The position numbers were made by a program, and so were the translations under genes. From the human T2T-CHM13v2.0 reference genome, Homo sapiens, in the NCBI RefSeq assembly GCF_009914755.1, contig NC_060926.1: DNA of 64,000 nt. One strand, 5' to 3'. The notes under the pieces were generated by a model. The model saw only the letters and a list, made by a program, of their open reading frames with translations, did not search any database and was not told the DNA's origin. Of the stretch, positions 52,554 to 64,000 are shown piece by piece (the first letter of the stretch is position 1; every line of letters begins with the position of its first letter).

Positions 52554-52656
52554 GAGGAAATAATATGAGTATATGAGGGAATCCTTTGCGCTTTCTTTGC
52601 AACTTTTCTGTAAATCTAAAAATAGTCCCAAGTCCAAAGTTTATTAAAAATAAAAA
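52554..52656 (+). mobile_element. L1MC-type 3' end remnant
   Basis: 'ctttgcaacttttctgtaaatctaaaaatagtccc...aaagtttattaaaaa'. Confidence 0.65.
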
Positions 52657-52885
52657 GCAGGAAAGCCACAGCCTATGTCTAATAAGCCTAATAATATGCT
52701 TCTTTTCTACACCATTTGTGAAAATTATTTTGTGCTGGGCATGAAACCTGAAGCTGAATTTTAGCTAAGACAAGACCATAGGTGTTTAAAATAATGCCTA
52801 ACAGCCAGTAGACTTTTAATCAGGCCTAGATGCATTGTAGACATCTGTATTAGTAAAAGTTCTCTAGAGGGACAGAACTAAAAGG

Positions 52886-52887
<2 letters not shown>

Positions 52888-52924
<37 letters not shown>

Positions 52925-53050
52925 TATATATATATATATATATCTCCTATGTGTGTATATATATGTATATCCTATGTGTGTGTATATATATATCATATAC
53001 ATGTCACACATAAATATATATACCCTATGTATATATGTATACACACACAT
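52888..53050. repeat. (CT)n(TA)n plus degenerate TA/TG/CA compound microsatellite
   Basis: Directly visible. Confidence 0.95.
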
Positions 53051-53340
53051 AGGGAAATCTATTAACTATTAATTTACATGATCACAAGGTCCCACTGTAG
53101 GCTGTCTGCAAGCTGAAGAGCAAGGAGAGCCAGTCTGAGTCCCAAAACTGAAGAACTTGGAGTATGATGCTCGAGGGCAGGAAGCATCCAGCACAGGAGA
53201 AAAATGTAGGCTGGGAGACTAGGCCAGTGTTGCCTTTTCACATTTTTCTGCCTGTTTTATATTCACTGGCAGCTTATTAGATGGTGTCCACCAGATTAAG
53301 GATGGATCTGTCTTCCCCAGCCCACTGACTCAAATGTTAA

Positions 53341-53862
53341 TGTTGGATAGAAAGTGCTCTAGGAATAAATGCTCGGTGCTACAAAGTGAAACCAGCACTC
53401 AGGCCAAAGTTTAATTCTCTAATTAAGGCAATTTACTTCTGCAAAAGGGTGCTACCTGCATCAATCAAGGTCGCAACAGCACAGGGAACAAAGGAGAGCA
53501 GCAAGCTTTTATCTCTGACGGTAGTCCCTACCTCTATGTCACTCCCCCATGGGCTGGGGTCGGACCACATATTCTGAGCTGACCCAGTTGGCTACTTGCA
53601 AATATTTTTCTAAATATGTAAGGGGGACATGAGGTACAGTGGTGAAGCTTGTGAGATGTGCAGTTTCTTGGGGATCAATAGGTGCAGGTAACCAAGCGAA
53701 CAGATGTGAGTTATTGATTAGAGCTGACGGGAAGGGGTTAGGCTGTTTCACAGTAACTAGGTGCAAGGAGGAACAGGAAAGTTGAGTTTAAGAATAAAAG
53801 ACAAGGAAGTTAGCAGGCTAAATCTTTGAAGAGAAACTCAGAGAAATTCACTGTATCTTACA
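53341..53862 (-). mobile_element. ERV1 solo LTR, probably LTR10 (HERV-I) family, nested in MLT2A1
   Basis: TG...CA ends; perfect 4-bp TSD ttaa (53337-53340 / 53863-53866); minus-strand start 'tgtaagatacagtgaatttctctgagtttctcttcaaag'; absent from the 5' LTR. Confidence 0.8.
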
Positions 53863-54399
53863 TTAATCTCCTTTGGCAACATCCTCACAGACACACCCAG
53901 GATCAATACTTTGTATCCTTAAATCTAATCGAATTGACACTCAGTATTAACCATCACAAGCCCACCCCTTGTCAACTTGAACTCATACACATCTCCTGAG
54001 ATCATACATAATCTTCAAATAAAGACAATAATAAGATCATAATTACACCTAACATAATACAACTATCCTTTGTACAACTGGAAATGCACCAATCCCCTAC
54101 TCAAATACTATTACATAAGGTTAACAATACTTCAATGCTGGTATGAATTCAATAAATCTTATGTCACATGATAGAGGAAATAAAGATATTTTCTTAGTAC
54201 AAGTGTATACATGCACAAACATGTTTTTAGCAAAAGGAGGAGGAAATACTCATGACAATTATAGTCCTCATTTCCGCAGCTGGTCACGTGGTCATAGCTG
54301 GTATTGATGACTACCTTCTTCTACTACCCATTCTGTATTCCCTTTGCAAGCACCTTAGGAAGTCATGGATTTTTTCCTGGTGGAGTGACAGAAATCCTC

Positions 54400-54770
54400 A
54401 TTCCTGAGAGGTCTGGCCCATTTGTAGTCCTGCCTGGATTGGGCTATTGTAGTTTCCCATTGACCTTAATCACAAGGCATGGTAATACTAACAGATGCCT
54501 TAGTGAATCTCCTGTATTCCATGTATACTCTTCCTTACTTCCATTGTGGAGTAGTAGACTGATTTCATCTTGATAGTCCAGGTCAATCACCCCAGACAAC
54601 ACTGTAACTCCCTTCTTAGCCTGTTGACTTAAAGGTAGGAGGAGCCCAAAGTGTCCAGGTGGCAATCATAACTTCCAGTTTAATGGAATCATTGTGTCTC
54701 CTGGTGGCAGCATCCCTCCCTCTGGAACTAAGACCTCTAGGCCAGCAGAATGTAATGTTGTGGGAACAGG
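54400..54770 (-). pseudogene. HERV-L dUTPase remnant
   Basis: 'PPGHFGLL...GVTVLSGVIDLDYQDEISLLLHN' (motif 3-like, GVIDxDY), downstream of integrase as in ERV-L. Confidence 0.88.
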
Positions 54771-54779
54771 AAGCAAAAA

Positions 54780-57362
54780 ATTTTGCTAGTGGATCACTGG
54801 GGGTGATGGTGAGTGGTGAGTGGTGCTACTTCCACTTCCACTCCTTGATTTCTGGACCTGTGAATCCTGGCTATGGGAGAAACAGTAGCATATATTGGAT
54901 GCTGACTCAGAGCATACATGGCCTTCTGGAGAACTTGCCTCACCCTGCAAAGTATTGTCACCTAGTCAATGTTGTAATTGTGGCTTCAAAAGGCCATTCC
55001 ACCGTTCTATCAATCCAGCTGCTTCAGGATGATGGGGAACGTGGTAAGACCAGTAAATTCCATGAGCATGAGCCCATTGCCACACTTCTTTAGCTGTAAA
55101 GTGAATGCTTTGGTCAGAGGCAACGCTGTGTGGAATACCATGACGGTGGATAAGGCATTCCATGAGCCCACGGACAGTAGTCTTGGCAGAGGCACTGTGT
55201 GAAGGATAGGCTAACCCATATCCAGATTAATTGTCTATTCCAGTGAGGACAAACCTCTGCCCTTTCCATGATGAAAGAAGTCCAATATAATCAACCTGCC
55301 ACTAGGTAGCTGGCTAATCACCCAGAGGAATTGTGCCATATTGAGGGCTCAGTGCTGGTCTCTGCTGCTGGCAAATTGGGCACTCAGCAGCAGCCATAGC
55401 CAGGTCAGCCTTAGTGAGTGGAAGTCCATGTTGCTGAGCCCACGTGCAACTTCCATTCCTGCCTCCATGGCCACTTTGTTCATGATCCCATTGGGTGATG
55501 ACAGGGTAGCTGGGGAAAGAGGCTGAGTGGTGTCCACAGAATGGGTCATCCTATCCACTTGATATCCTCCTCTGCTGATGTCACCCATTGGTGAGCATCC
55601 ACATGGGATGCAAATATCTTCACGATTTTTGACCACTCAGAGAGGTCCATCCACATACCTTTTCCCCAAATTTCTTTGTCACCAATTTTCCAATTATCCT
55701 TCTTCCAAGTCCCTGACCATCCAGCCAAACCATTGGCTACAGCTCATGAATCAGTATATAATCGCATATCTGGCCATTTCTCCTTCCATGCCAAGTGCAC
55801 AACCAGGTGCACTGCTCAAAGTTCTGCCCACTGGGAAGATTTCCCTTCAACGCTTTCCTTCAGGGATGTCCTAGAAAGGGGCTGTAGTGCTGCAGCTGTC
55901 CACTTTTGGATGGTGGCTGCATATTGTGCAGAACCAGCCATCTGTGAACCAGGCCCTAGTCTTCTCTTCCTGTTGACTGATCATAGGGAACTCCCCATGA
56001 GGCCATCAGTGCAGGCTGGGGGAGAGAAGGCAAGGTGGCAGCAGTGGAGACTAGGGGCATTTGAGCCACTTCCTCATGTAAGCTACTTGTGCCTTCAGGA
56101 CCTGCTCAAGCCCAATCGCATATATACCATTTCCATTTGATGATGGAATGCTGCTGTGCGTGACCCACTTTATGGCTAGATGGGTGAGAAAGCACCCAGT
56201 TTATGATAGGCAATTCAGGTGCCATGGTGACTTGATGAACGAAAGTCAAACGTTCAGTTGCTACCAAACCCCAGTAACAGGCCAAGAGTTGTCTCTCAAA
56301 AGGAGAGTAGTTATCTGCAGAAGATGCCAGGGACTTGCTTCACAATCCTAGAGGCCTCTGCTGTGATTCAACTATGAGGGCCTGCCAAAGGCTCCAAACA
56401 GCATCGCTATCTGCCACTGACATAGCAAGCACTATTGGAAAAGCACAGAAGCCTGGACCTGTTGCAGAGGTTCCTCCTGTTCTGGACCCCACTAAACTGG
56501 CAGCCTTTCAGGTCACTCAATAAATGGGCCGAAGTAACACACCCAAATGAGAAATGTGTTGCCTCCAAAATTGAAATAGGCCCACTAGGTGTAGTGACTC
56601 TTTCTTGGTTGTAGGAGGGGCCAAATGTAGCAACTTATCCTTCACCTTAGAAGGAATGTCTCAACAGGCCCCACACCACTGGACCCCTAGAAGTCTTACT
56701 GAGGTAGAAGGTCCCTGAATTTTAGTCGGATTTATTTTCCATCCTGTGGCACACAAATGTCTCGCCAGTAAGTACAATGTGTTTGCTACTTCTTGCTCAC
56801 TGGATCCAATCAGCATAATGTCATCAATGTAAAGGACCAGTGTGATATCTTGCAGAAGCAAAAAGCAATCAAGTTCTCTCCAAATAAAATTATGACACAA
56901 AGACAGAGAGTTGATATACCCCTGAAATAGGACAGTAAATGTATATTCCTGGCCTTGCCAGCTGAAAGCAAATTGTTTCTGGTGGGCCTTGTGGACAGGA
57001 ATGGAGAAAAAGACATTTTCCAATTTAATGGCTGCATACCAGGTACCAGGAGATATGTTAATTTGCTTAAGCAATGAAACCACATCTGAGACAGCAGCTG
57101 CAATTAGAGTCACCACTTGGTTAACCTTATGATAATCCACTGTCATTCTCCAAGATCCATCTGTCTTCTGCACAGGACAAATGGGAGAGTTTAACAGGGA
57201 TGTGGTGGGAATCACCACCCATACGTCTTTCAAGTCCTTGATGGTTGCACTAATCTCCACAATCCCTCCAGGGATGCAATATTGTTTTTGATTTACCATT
57301 TTTCTAGGTAGAGGCAGCTGTAATGGCTTCCATTTGGCCTTTCCCACCATAAAAGCCCTCAC
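54780..57362 (-). pseudogene. pol: HERV-L pol remnant (RT, RNase H, integrase), disrupted
   Basis: RT 'PVQKTDGSWRMTVDY...LYIDD' (56661-57362); RNase H 'WFTDG' ~55950; integrase 'CPIC', 'WQVDYIG', 'ASDQ', 'AAGLIERWNGLLK'. Confidence 0.93.
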
Positions 57363-57738
57363 CAGTCAGGGAGCCAATGTGGTGGTTCCACCAGCTGCTA
57401 AGTATGTCTATGCCAACTATACATTCTGGCACTGGGGAAATGACCGCAAGATGAGTTCAGGGACCCACTGGACCCAATGTAAGTTGGATCTGAGCTAAAA
57501 CTCTATTAATTACTTGACCTTCATAAGCCCCTACTTTAACTGGAGGAGGACAATGACGTTTTGGGTCCCCTGGAATCAACGTGAGCTTACAGCCAGCGTC
57601 CAGCAGTACCGGAAATGTCTCATTTCCCTTTCCCCAGTGCACAGTTACCCTGGTAAAAGGCTGGAAGTGTCCTTGCAGAAGGATGGGAGAAAGATTCACT
57701 GCATAAATTGTCGGTAATGTAGTGGGGTTCTTTCTCAA
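57363..57738 (-). pseudogene. pro: HERV-L protease remnant
   Basis: 'VTVHWGKGN...LLDAGCKLTLIPGDPK'; DTG active site reads DAG. Confidence 0.85.
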
Positions 57739-57739
57739 G

Positions 57740-59460
57740 GGGACCCAGGGTCCCCTTTATTCAAGGGTTTCTGGGTCTGTAAACTGGCACAAGTCTGGAA
57801 ATTGATTGAGGGGCCATGATCCTCAGTTTTTATAATTTAGTCTTTTGTCCATTCGACCTCGAGTTTTTCTGCTTGTATAAATTAACTAGGAATGCAGTAG
57901 GCTTCCTATCAATTTCACTTCTAAGGAGTCCATGATTAATTCGCCAATGCCAGAGCTCTACATGAGTCAGACTGTTCTGATTGCTGCTTTGCCTCTGCTG
58001 TCCATTATGTTAGCTATGCCCACCTTGCCTTTGACAGTTGAGTGCCGCCACTTGGCCCCTGCCACCTCGGGATCCAATTATTCCCATTGTATTTAACTTC
58101 TGTAGTCAAGTGACTGCAGTTCCCACTGTTAGATCTGACACACAGAGAAGAGCAATTACAGGACTCTTCAAAGATGCAGGTGCTGCCCTCACAAATCTAT
58201 TTTGCAAGGCATTGGTTAAGGGTATATCTTCTGGACCCTCCCAGCTGGGATGAGTATGTCTAAAGTGACTAATCCACCCCACCATCCCAATCTCCCTAAG
58301 CCTTTGGATCCCTTCCTCTACATTAAACCAAGGGAGATCAGGCATTTCTAGCTCACTCACAGTGGGCAATCTTTTAATCCACATTTCAGCTAACCAGCAA
58401 ATAAACTATTAGAACCTTTTTTAACTCCTTGAGCTGCAATATTAAAAGCAGAGTCCCTACTTAGTGGGTCCAAATCAATAAATTCAGCCTGATCCAACTC
58501 TGTGTTCCTTCCACCATTATCCCACACCCTTAATGTTCATTCCCATGCCTATTCTCCAGATTTCTGTTTATATAAATTAGATAACTCAAATAGTTCTTTT
58601 TGAGTGTAGCACACTTCCTCATGGGTCACAGTCTCAATCTCATCTCCAGGGGCCAGCCAGGACTTCAGTCTAGCTATAGTTGTAGAAGCAAACAGGGGTG
58701 TTGGGGGTTTCTCCTGAGAAGAATCAACATTATTTTGTCTGGCAACTGCCTCAGGGGAGGTCATCACTGCTGCCTCAGGCAGTGCAGGGTTTATCTCCTC
58801 AGACAAAGGTGGAAAGGCTGATGGCAGCATAGGATAGGGAGGGGATATTGTCTCCACTAGAGATGGGAAAGCTGCTCCTTCTGGCAAAAAAGTTTCATCA
58901 GAGTTTACAAACTCAGTGTCCCCAGTTTCATCAGGGCCCTCCCACATGTCCCCATTCCAAGTTTCAGGGTCCCATTCTTTTCCAATCAATGCCCTCACTT
59001 TAACAGTAGACACCTGTTGAGGCTGTGCATACATCTTTCATTGCAGATCAGCCACTCGCAGAGCTTGTGTCTGTTTTTCCACAATTTCAGCTCTTTCTCT
59101 AAAGGAAATAAGACTCTGACTCAGGGCAATCTTAGCAGATTTGAGGCTCAGTATCTGCTTCTGAAGCTGGGAGACAGAGCCCCTGAGTTCATCATTTTCT
59201 TTCATCAGTTTGTCCACTGAACTTAGGAACAACCAACCAGGTTCATTATGTTTTCCACATATGGTCAAAAGTATTATGTAGAGAGTCACTAAACTCCTTG
59301 CCTCTCAGGAGCAGTGAGTCAGGAATGTCAAATGCATTTATTTTTCATAACTCTCTAAATAGTTCATGCCAAGGACTATCAGTGTTCTTCATACTATTAG
59401 AAGTAGAGTCCTTAGCATTGTTGGATCTAATCATATTAAGCAGCCAAATGCAGAAACCCC
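57740..59460 (-). pseudogene. gag: HERV-L gag remnant, disrupted
   Basis: 'KVRALIGKEWDPETWNGDMW', 'ELEMPDLPWFNVEEGIQRLREIGM', 'WEGPEDIP'. Confidence 0.88.
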
Positions 59461-59504
59461 AAGACCAATGAAATAATTCCATCCTTAATATTCTATTCCT
59501 CTAG

Positions 59505-59524
59505 AACCACTCCTGGTATGAAAA
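59505..59524 (-). other. Degenerate primer-binding site (tRNA-Leu type)
   Basis: Minus strand 'ttttcataccaggagtggttc' just after the 5' LTR; recalled consensus 'ttttggtaccaggagtggttc'. Confidence 0.6.
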
Positions 59525-59526
59525 TC

Positions 59527-59566
59527 TGTATTAGTCAGGGTTCTCTAGAGGGACAGAACTAATAGG

Positions 59567-59601
<35 letters not shown>

Positions 59602-59972
59602 GGAGTTTTTAAATATTAACTTACATGGTCATGAGGTCCCACAATAGGCTGTTTGCAAGCTGATGAGCAAGGAGAGCCAGTTCAAGTCCCAAAACTGAAA
59701 AACTTGGAGGCCAATGTTCAAGGGCAGGAAGTATCCAGCACGGGAGAAAGATGTAGGCTGGGAGACTAGGCCAGTCTGGACTTTCCACGTTTTTGTGCCT
59801 TCTTTATATTCCCTGATTAGATTGTGCCCAACAGATTAAGGGTGGATCTGCCTTCCCCAGCCCACTGGCTCAAATGTTAATCTGTTTTGGCAACACCCTA
59901 ACAGACAAGCCCAAGATCAATACTTTGTATCCTTCAATCCAATTGAGTTGACACTCAGTATTAACCATCACA
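59527..59972 (-). mobile_element. MLT2A1 5' LTR (446 bp) with internal (TA)n
   Basis: Homologous to the 3' LTR; length fits MLT2A1 better than the longer MLT2A2. Confidence 0.93.
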
Positions 59973-60004
59973 ACATCCTTCTTTGGGGACCTCTAAAATT
60001 TACT

Positions 60005-60960
60005 AATCCTTTATCTGAATCCACACTCCTTTATCTGAAACTTTTGGGACCAGATATGTTTTGGAACTCAGAATTTTTCAAATCTTAGGGGAAAAAAAAA
60101 ACCTCACAAAACATACTAAATGAGGTTTGGGACAGCACCCTGTAATAATCACATTATGTTAAGTCTGCAGTGAAATCGAGAATATTTCAAGAAATGAACT
60201 GGAGAATATAAATAGTCTCACATTTGGTCAGATGCAGTTTTGCCACCCAATGGGCTGTAGGGGCTGAGGGCCCTGTGAAGGTTCACTGAAAAAACCACTG
60301 ACATGAGGCAGATTAATAGGAGTAAAGGCATAGAAATGTATTTAACATGTATACATGGGAACCTTCAGAATGAAGACCAAAGATACACGGAAAATTCTCC
60401 ATTTTTATGCTTAAATTCTACAATGTATGGACAGCCATGTAGAAACAATATTGGAGGAAAAGAGTATGATCTAATATTTAAAGACTGAGTGAGGAAACCC
60501 ACAAGCCTATCTGTCTAGATTCTTCTTGGCCTCTCTGAGCATATATTTCTTCCTTCTATATATGGAACAAGATCTTCTCTGGAATGGGAGTCTTATAACC
60601 TACAGTCAAACAAGGTAGGTCAGATAGTTTCTTTAAGGCCAGTTTTTACACAGATAGGGAAGAGGGAAAGTTAGAGTAATACTTTTAGGTTTTTTGGCTG
60701 GCTTTGGGGAAAAGTGGTTCTGGTTTTTATGATACACTTTTGGGAAGAGGGTTTCTAGTTTATATGGCTAGACTTGGGAGAAAATGGGCCTGAGAGACAG
60801 GACGGGAGGAAAAGGTCAGAGAAAAACATTTTATTCTGAGGCTGCTGCTGAGCCCTTCATTTTGGGGTATGTTTTCTGAGCCCCAATAGGGCATTCATTT
60901 CAGTCTTAAGTGTCTTCAGGACTTAGAAATCCCAGATAACAGAATGTGAATATGCATACT
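60005..60960. mobile_element. Old Tigger-like non-autonomous DNA element interrupted by MER39
   Basis: 'ccacactcctttatctgaaacttttgggaccagatatgttttggaactcagaattttt' and distal 'cagataacagaatgtg' look like TIR remnants; family uncertain. Confidence 0.4.
60256..60888 (-). mobile_element. MER39-family (ERV1) solo LTR
   Basis: 'ttctgaggctgctgctgagcccttcattttggggtatgttttctgagccccaata' is the reverse complement of the MER39 start; perfect TSD gggc (60252-60255 / 60889-60892). Confidence 0.87.
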
Positions 60961-62929
60961 GAAAATATCTTTGAATTATCTGCAGTCAAAGTTTGCTTTC
61001 CTTTCTCCCCCACTGCCCTGTAGACAAGTCCTCAGCAGGGGAATTGCTTTCACCTCAGAAGCAGCAGACAAATGTACTCTGTTTACAAGTTTAATAAAGG
61101 AAAAAGTAAAACATAAAAACTAAAATCACATTTCTTTGTCCCATTTTGACAATTCTGTGTCTTCTGTCTTCTTGGGATTAATTACCCATCTCCCACCCTT
61201 GTTTCAGCTTCCTACATGTGTCACAGGCTTAGTCAAGCTTTTCTTGCTTTAATGAAGAGAAAAAACAAACAAACAAAAAGCCAGGTCACTCTATTTTCCA
61301 GAAATTAAACCTTCATTGGAGACTCTTTTATTTTCCCAATCATTAAAATAATTACTTATGCACTAATTTTGTTTTTCTTTTTTTGGTTTTTGACCTCCTA
61401 TGTTAAAATTGGTAGGCCAAATGAATATTGCAATTTGAGTAATTTAAAAATCTTTGAGTCTTGCCTTCTTTATAGATAAAATTAATTTAGAAATAGCATT
61501 TTTGAAACCAGACATTCTTTCTAAACTAAGAATTCCAGATGTTTTTAGTCGCTGCCTATGACATTTCCACAATCAGAATAAATTGTGTTTCCAGAGTAAT
61601 GTAATAGATAGAAGTGCTGAATAAATCTCATGCAGTTGAGATGACAAAATTAACATGCTGATGACATTTTAATGTTTCAATATAATCAAGGGGGCATGGA
61701 TCATGCCTCCACTAGTTCTAATATAATTCTATTCTCGAATCTTTTTCAAAACAAAATAAAATATAGATTTCAGAAAGTATATAAGCACAGTGTGCTACAG
61801 TCTTCAGGCAAGCTGTTTAGGATGCATCTGAAATGCTATTTAGGTTCAGCTTTGCCAGTAGTTATTTTACCAAAGCAAATGAGTTATATATATAAAAATC
61901 CTGGGTTAAGGGCAGATATTTTGTTAGTTTTATTCTCAAGGCTGCTGTCGGTGCTTCTGCTACAATTACTATTTTATATTTAGGCAGATAGTTTGCTAAT
62001 TGAAATAGAGAAAATAGTCTATTTTGATTGGATACAGTGAACAGCTGCTATTCACCTATTCTCACAACAACAACAACAAAATGCAAACAAATAAATAAAC
62101 TTCTTGGGCTCAAAATGAGAAAAAAAGAAAGACAAATAGCTGATAATAGCTATTTGAAATCTTAAAGTCAAATTTATCCCTGGAAAAAAACCAAACAAAC
62201 ATAGCTTGACTACACATGTAGGTTGAAAAGCTGTGTTGCGTGTTGACAAAGTTGTATCCCATTTTCTCAGTGGCATTGGAGAGAAGAATGAAGACAAAGA
62301 GATGGAAGAATGGCAATATCTTTTTCCTCATCTGCCCACAGAAAGGGTGGTGATGATAGGCTAGATGGGGACAAGAAGCAATGATGGTTTTGCCAGAACT
62401 CAGGTGTAGACAGAAATGAGTGACATAAGATATGTGATTTCTTGGGCACTCATTGAGCTCACTGTAAAACAGTGACAGAATAAATGCTTATTGCTAAACA
62501 GCACTTTTCAAGCATATACTTGAATGTAAACCTCAAGATTTTCCTTGAGAAAATTTTCCTGAAGAAAAGTCTCATTCAGAAACATAATATAAATATATTA
62601 AACTTATAAGAGAAGACCCCCCTGAGTGGAGCTGGGCCAAATGGCTGGCCCTGCTGTGCCTTTCTAGAGTACAATATTAAATCTACTGTTGCAGATTCAC
62701 CAAAACACGGGACAGACACATTTTTTTCCCCCAAAATTATTTTCCCAACATATTCCTTTCTTTCAGTCACTGCTGACAAACTGATCTTTCTAAAACATAG
62801 TCTTGAATACACAGTATCTTGCAATGGATTATGTATTATCCCAGCTTTCTCACCTCCACATCCATTGCAGAGGATACCCAGCCAGGCCACTAGTGCTTCT
62901 GCTTACCTCTCTAGTTCCCATGTGCTCTC

Positions 62930-63420
62930 TGTGTCGGAGTAGATGCTTTAGCTACAATGAAAGGAAACCCTATTCAGGGTGGCTTCAGTAATGAGCAAAC
63001 TGTTCCCAGCTTACAGTTAGAGCAAGTCAAAGCAGAGAAGGAAGAATGGCTTGAAGATAACATCAAGGGGCTTAATTCTCTCATCTCTCTGTTCCATCAA
63101 CCTATGGCTGTTTCTTCTGGTGTTCTAAAGATGGCTGACAAAGAGAACTGTGGCTTCTCTTGCTCAGCTCTACCAAGAGAGGAGAGGGTTGGAAAGGAGA
63201 GGGGAGCAGCGGGGAGGTGCGGGAAGGAAATTGAGGAGAGACAGAGAGCCAAGAAAGAGGGATACAGCCAGTCTATAATCCTGGAAAATAAGTCCTCATT
63301 GGCCCAATCACAGAACCATCAACAATTGGCAAGAGAAGACCAAAAGTCAGCTAGCAGAGGAGAGGAAAGGAACATTCTGTGAGTGCATCCATGATTCCAA
63401 CTCTACCAAAGTTTGTCCCA
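62930..63420 (-). mobile_element. Ancient MLT1 (K/L-like) LTR remnant
   Basis: 'tgtgtcggagtagatgctttagctacaatgaaaggaaaccctattcagggtggcttcag', 'cctcattggccc'. Confidence 0.5.
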
Positions 63421-64000
63421 CAACCCCCCATCTGGTGATCTGTTAGCATAATCCACACTCAACTGCCAAAAGTAAGTATTCAGAGGCTGAACACTGAACC
63501 TGAACAGCAGCTCTGGCAGCAGAGTCTGGATGTTTTGTTTGTTTGTTTGTCTTAGGTAGGGGGCTTTTTTTGAGAGTATGTTGAATGTTGTTCAAAAGAA
63601 TGTGTTTTAATGTCATACCCAAGAGATGCAAGTATGCAATATATCAATGTGTTTATTTCTCCCTCTCTTCTTGGAAACCTTGAAAGAAAGAGTGTACTGA
63701 TACTTTGAATTTTGATCCTTCCGGAATAGGCTGAGGAATCTCTAGAAAGTAGAATTGTTTTACACTAAAATACTAGCCCACATCCAGGACATCACACGTA
63801 CAATCAAAACACTCCAAGTTGTCAGTTGCTTTAGCAGATTGATGGCTCTAAAGACCTCCCATACACTAAAAACCTGAAGTTCCCTGATAGAGGTTTAGTT
63901 AAGAGATGTCTTCCTTCCCATCTTGCTTATTGAATTTGAAAACTTCTTAGCTTTTTCTGTCAGGGAAGCTACAGAAAAGAGAATTGTTATAGGAATGAGT

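Larger units (their letters stand above)
52846..53958 (-). mobile_element. MLT2A1 3' LTR (with expanded microsatellite and nested LTR)
   Basis: 'tgtattagt...ctctagagggacagaactaa' to 'cagtattaaccatcaca'; polypurine tract 'aaggggtggg' (minus) adjacent at ~53961-53970. Confidence 0.93.
52846..59972 (-). mobile_element. Complete HERV-L provirus with MLT2A1 LTRs
   Basis: Two LTRs; ~5.57 kb internal gag-pro-pol-dUTPase region with no env; perfect 5-bp TSD acatc (52841-52845 / 59973-59977). Confidence 0.97.

Noticed and set aside
54659-56523. Plus-strand ORFs up to 154 aa antisense to HERV-L pol
   Set aside because: Antisense shadows of a decayed coding region with no protein motifs
62957-63382. 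141-aa plus-strand ORF
   Set aside because: No recognisable domain; overlaps an apparent old MLT1 remnant and a purine-rich stretch that is poor in stops

Overview
This is AT-rich, CpG-depleted primate DNA (Alu, L1PA/PB, THE1 and HERV-H LTR7 point to human or a close catarrhine). I see no host protein-coding exon, RNA gene or CpG island, so it reads as intergenic or deep intronic sequence. The ORFs I can identify are decayed transposon genes; the rest look like chance or low-complexity frames. The main structures are: a two-LTR THE1 provirus (3563-5826, -); a PABL solo LTR (9900-10549); a near full-length Tigger1 (35646-38038); and a dense LTR cluster at about 46-61 kb. That cluster holds MST, MLT1A with an AluY and a 262-nt polypurine/(GGAA)13 tract, MER34, a solo LTR7, MER4, a complete HERV-L/MLT2A1 provirus (52846-59972, -) with an LTR10-like solo LTR nested in its 3' LTR, and MER39. 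I found no evidence of a genuinely new biological system. The best leads are regulatory or structural: the HERV-L 5' LTR keeps promoter and splice motifs and faces LTR7 convergently; there is an orphan 39-bp dispersed repeat, two oddly rearranged L1 fragments, and a homeodomain-motif palindrome cluster. Family names come from my recall of consensus sequences, not from a search, and boundaries of old elements are approximate.
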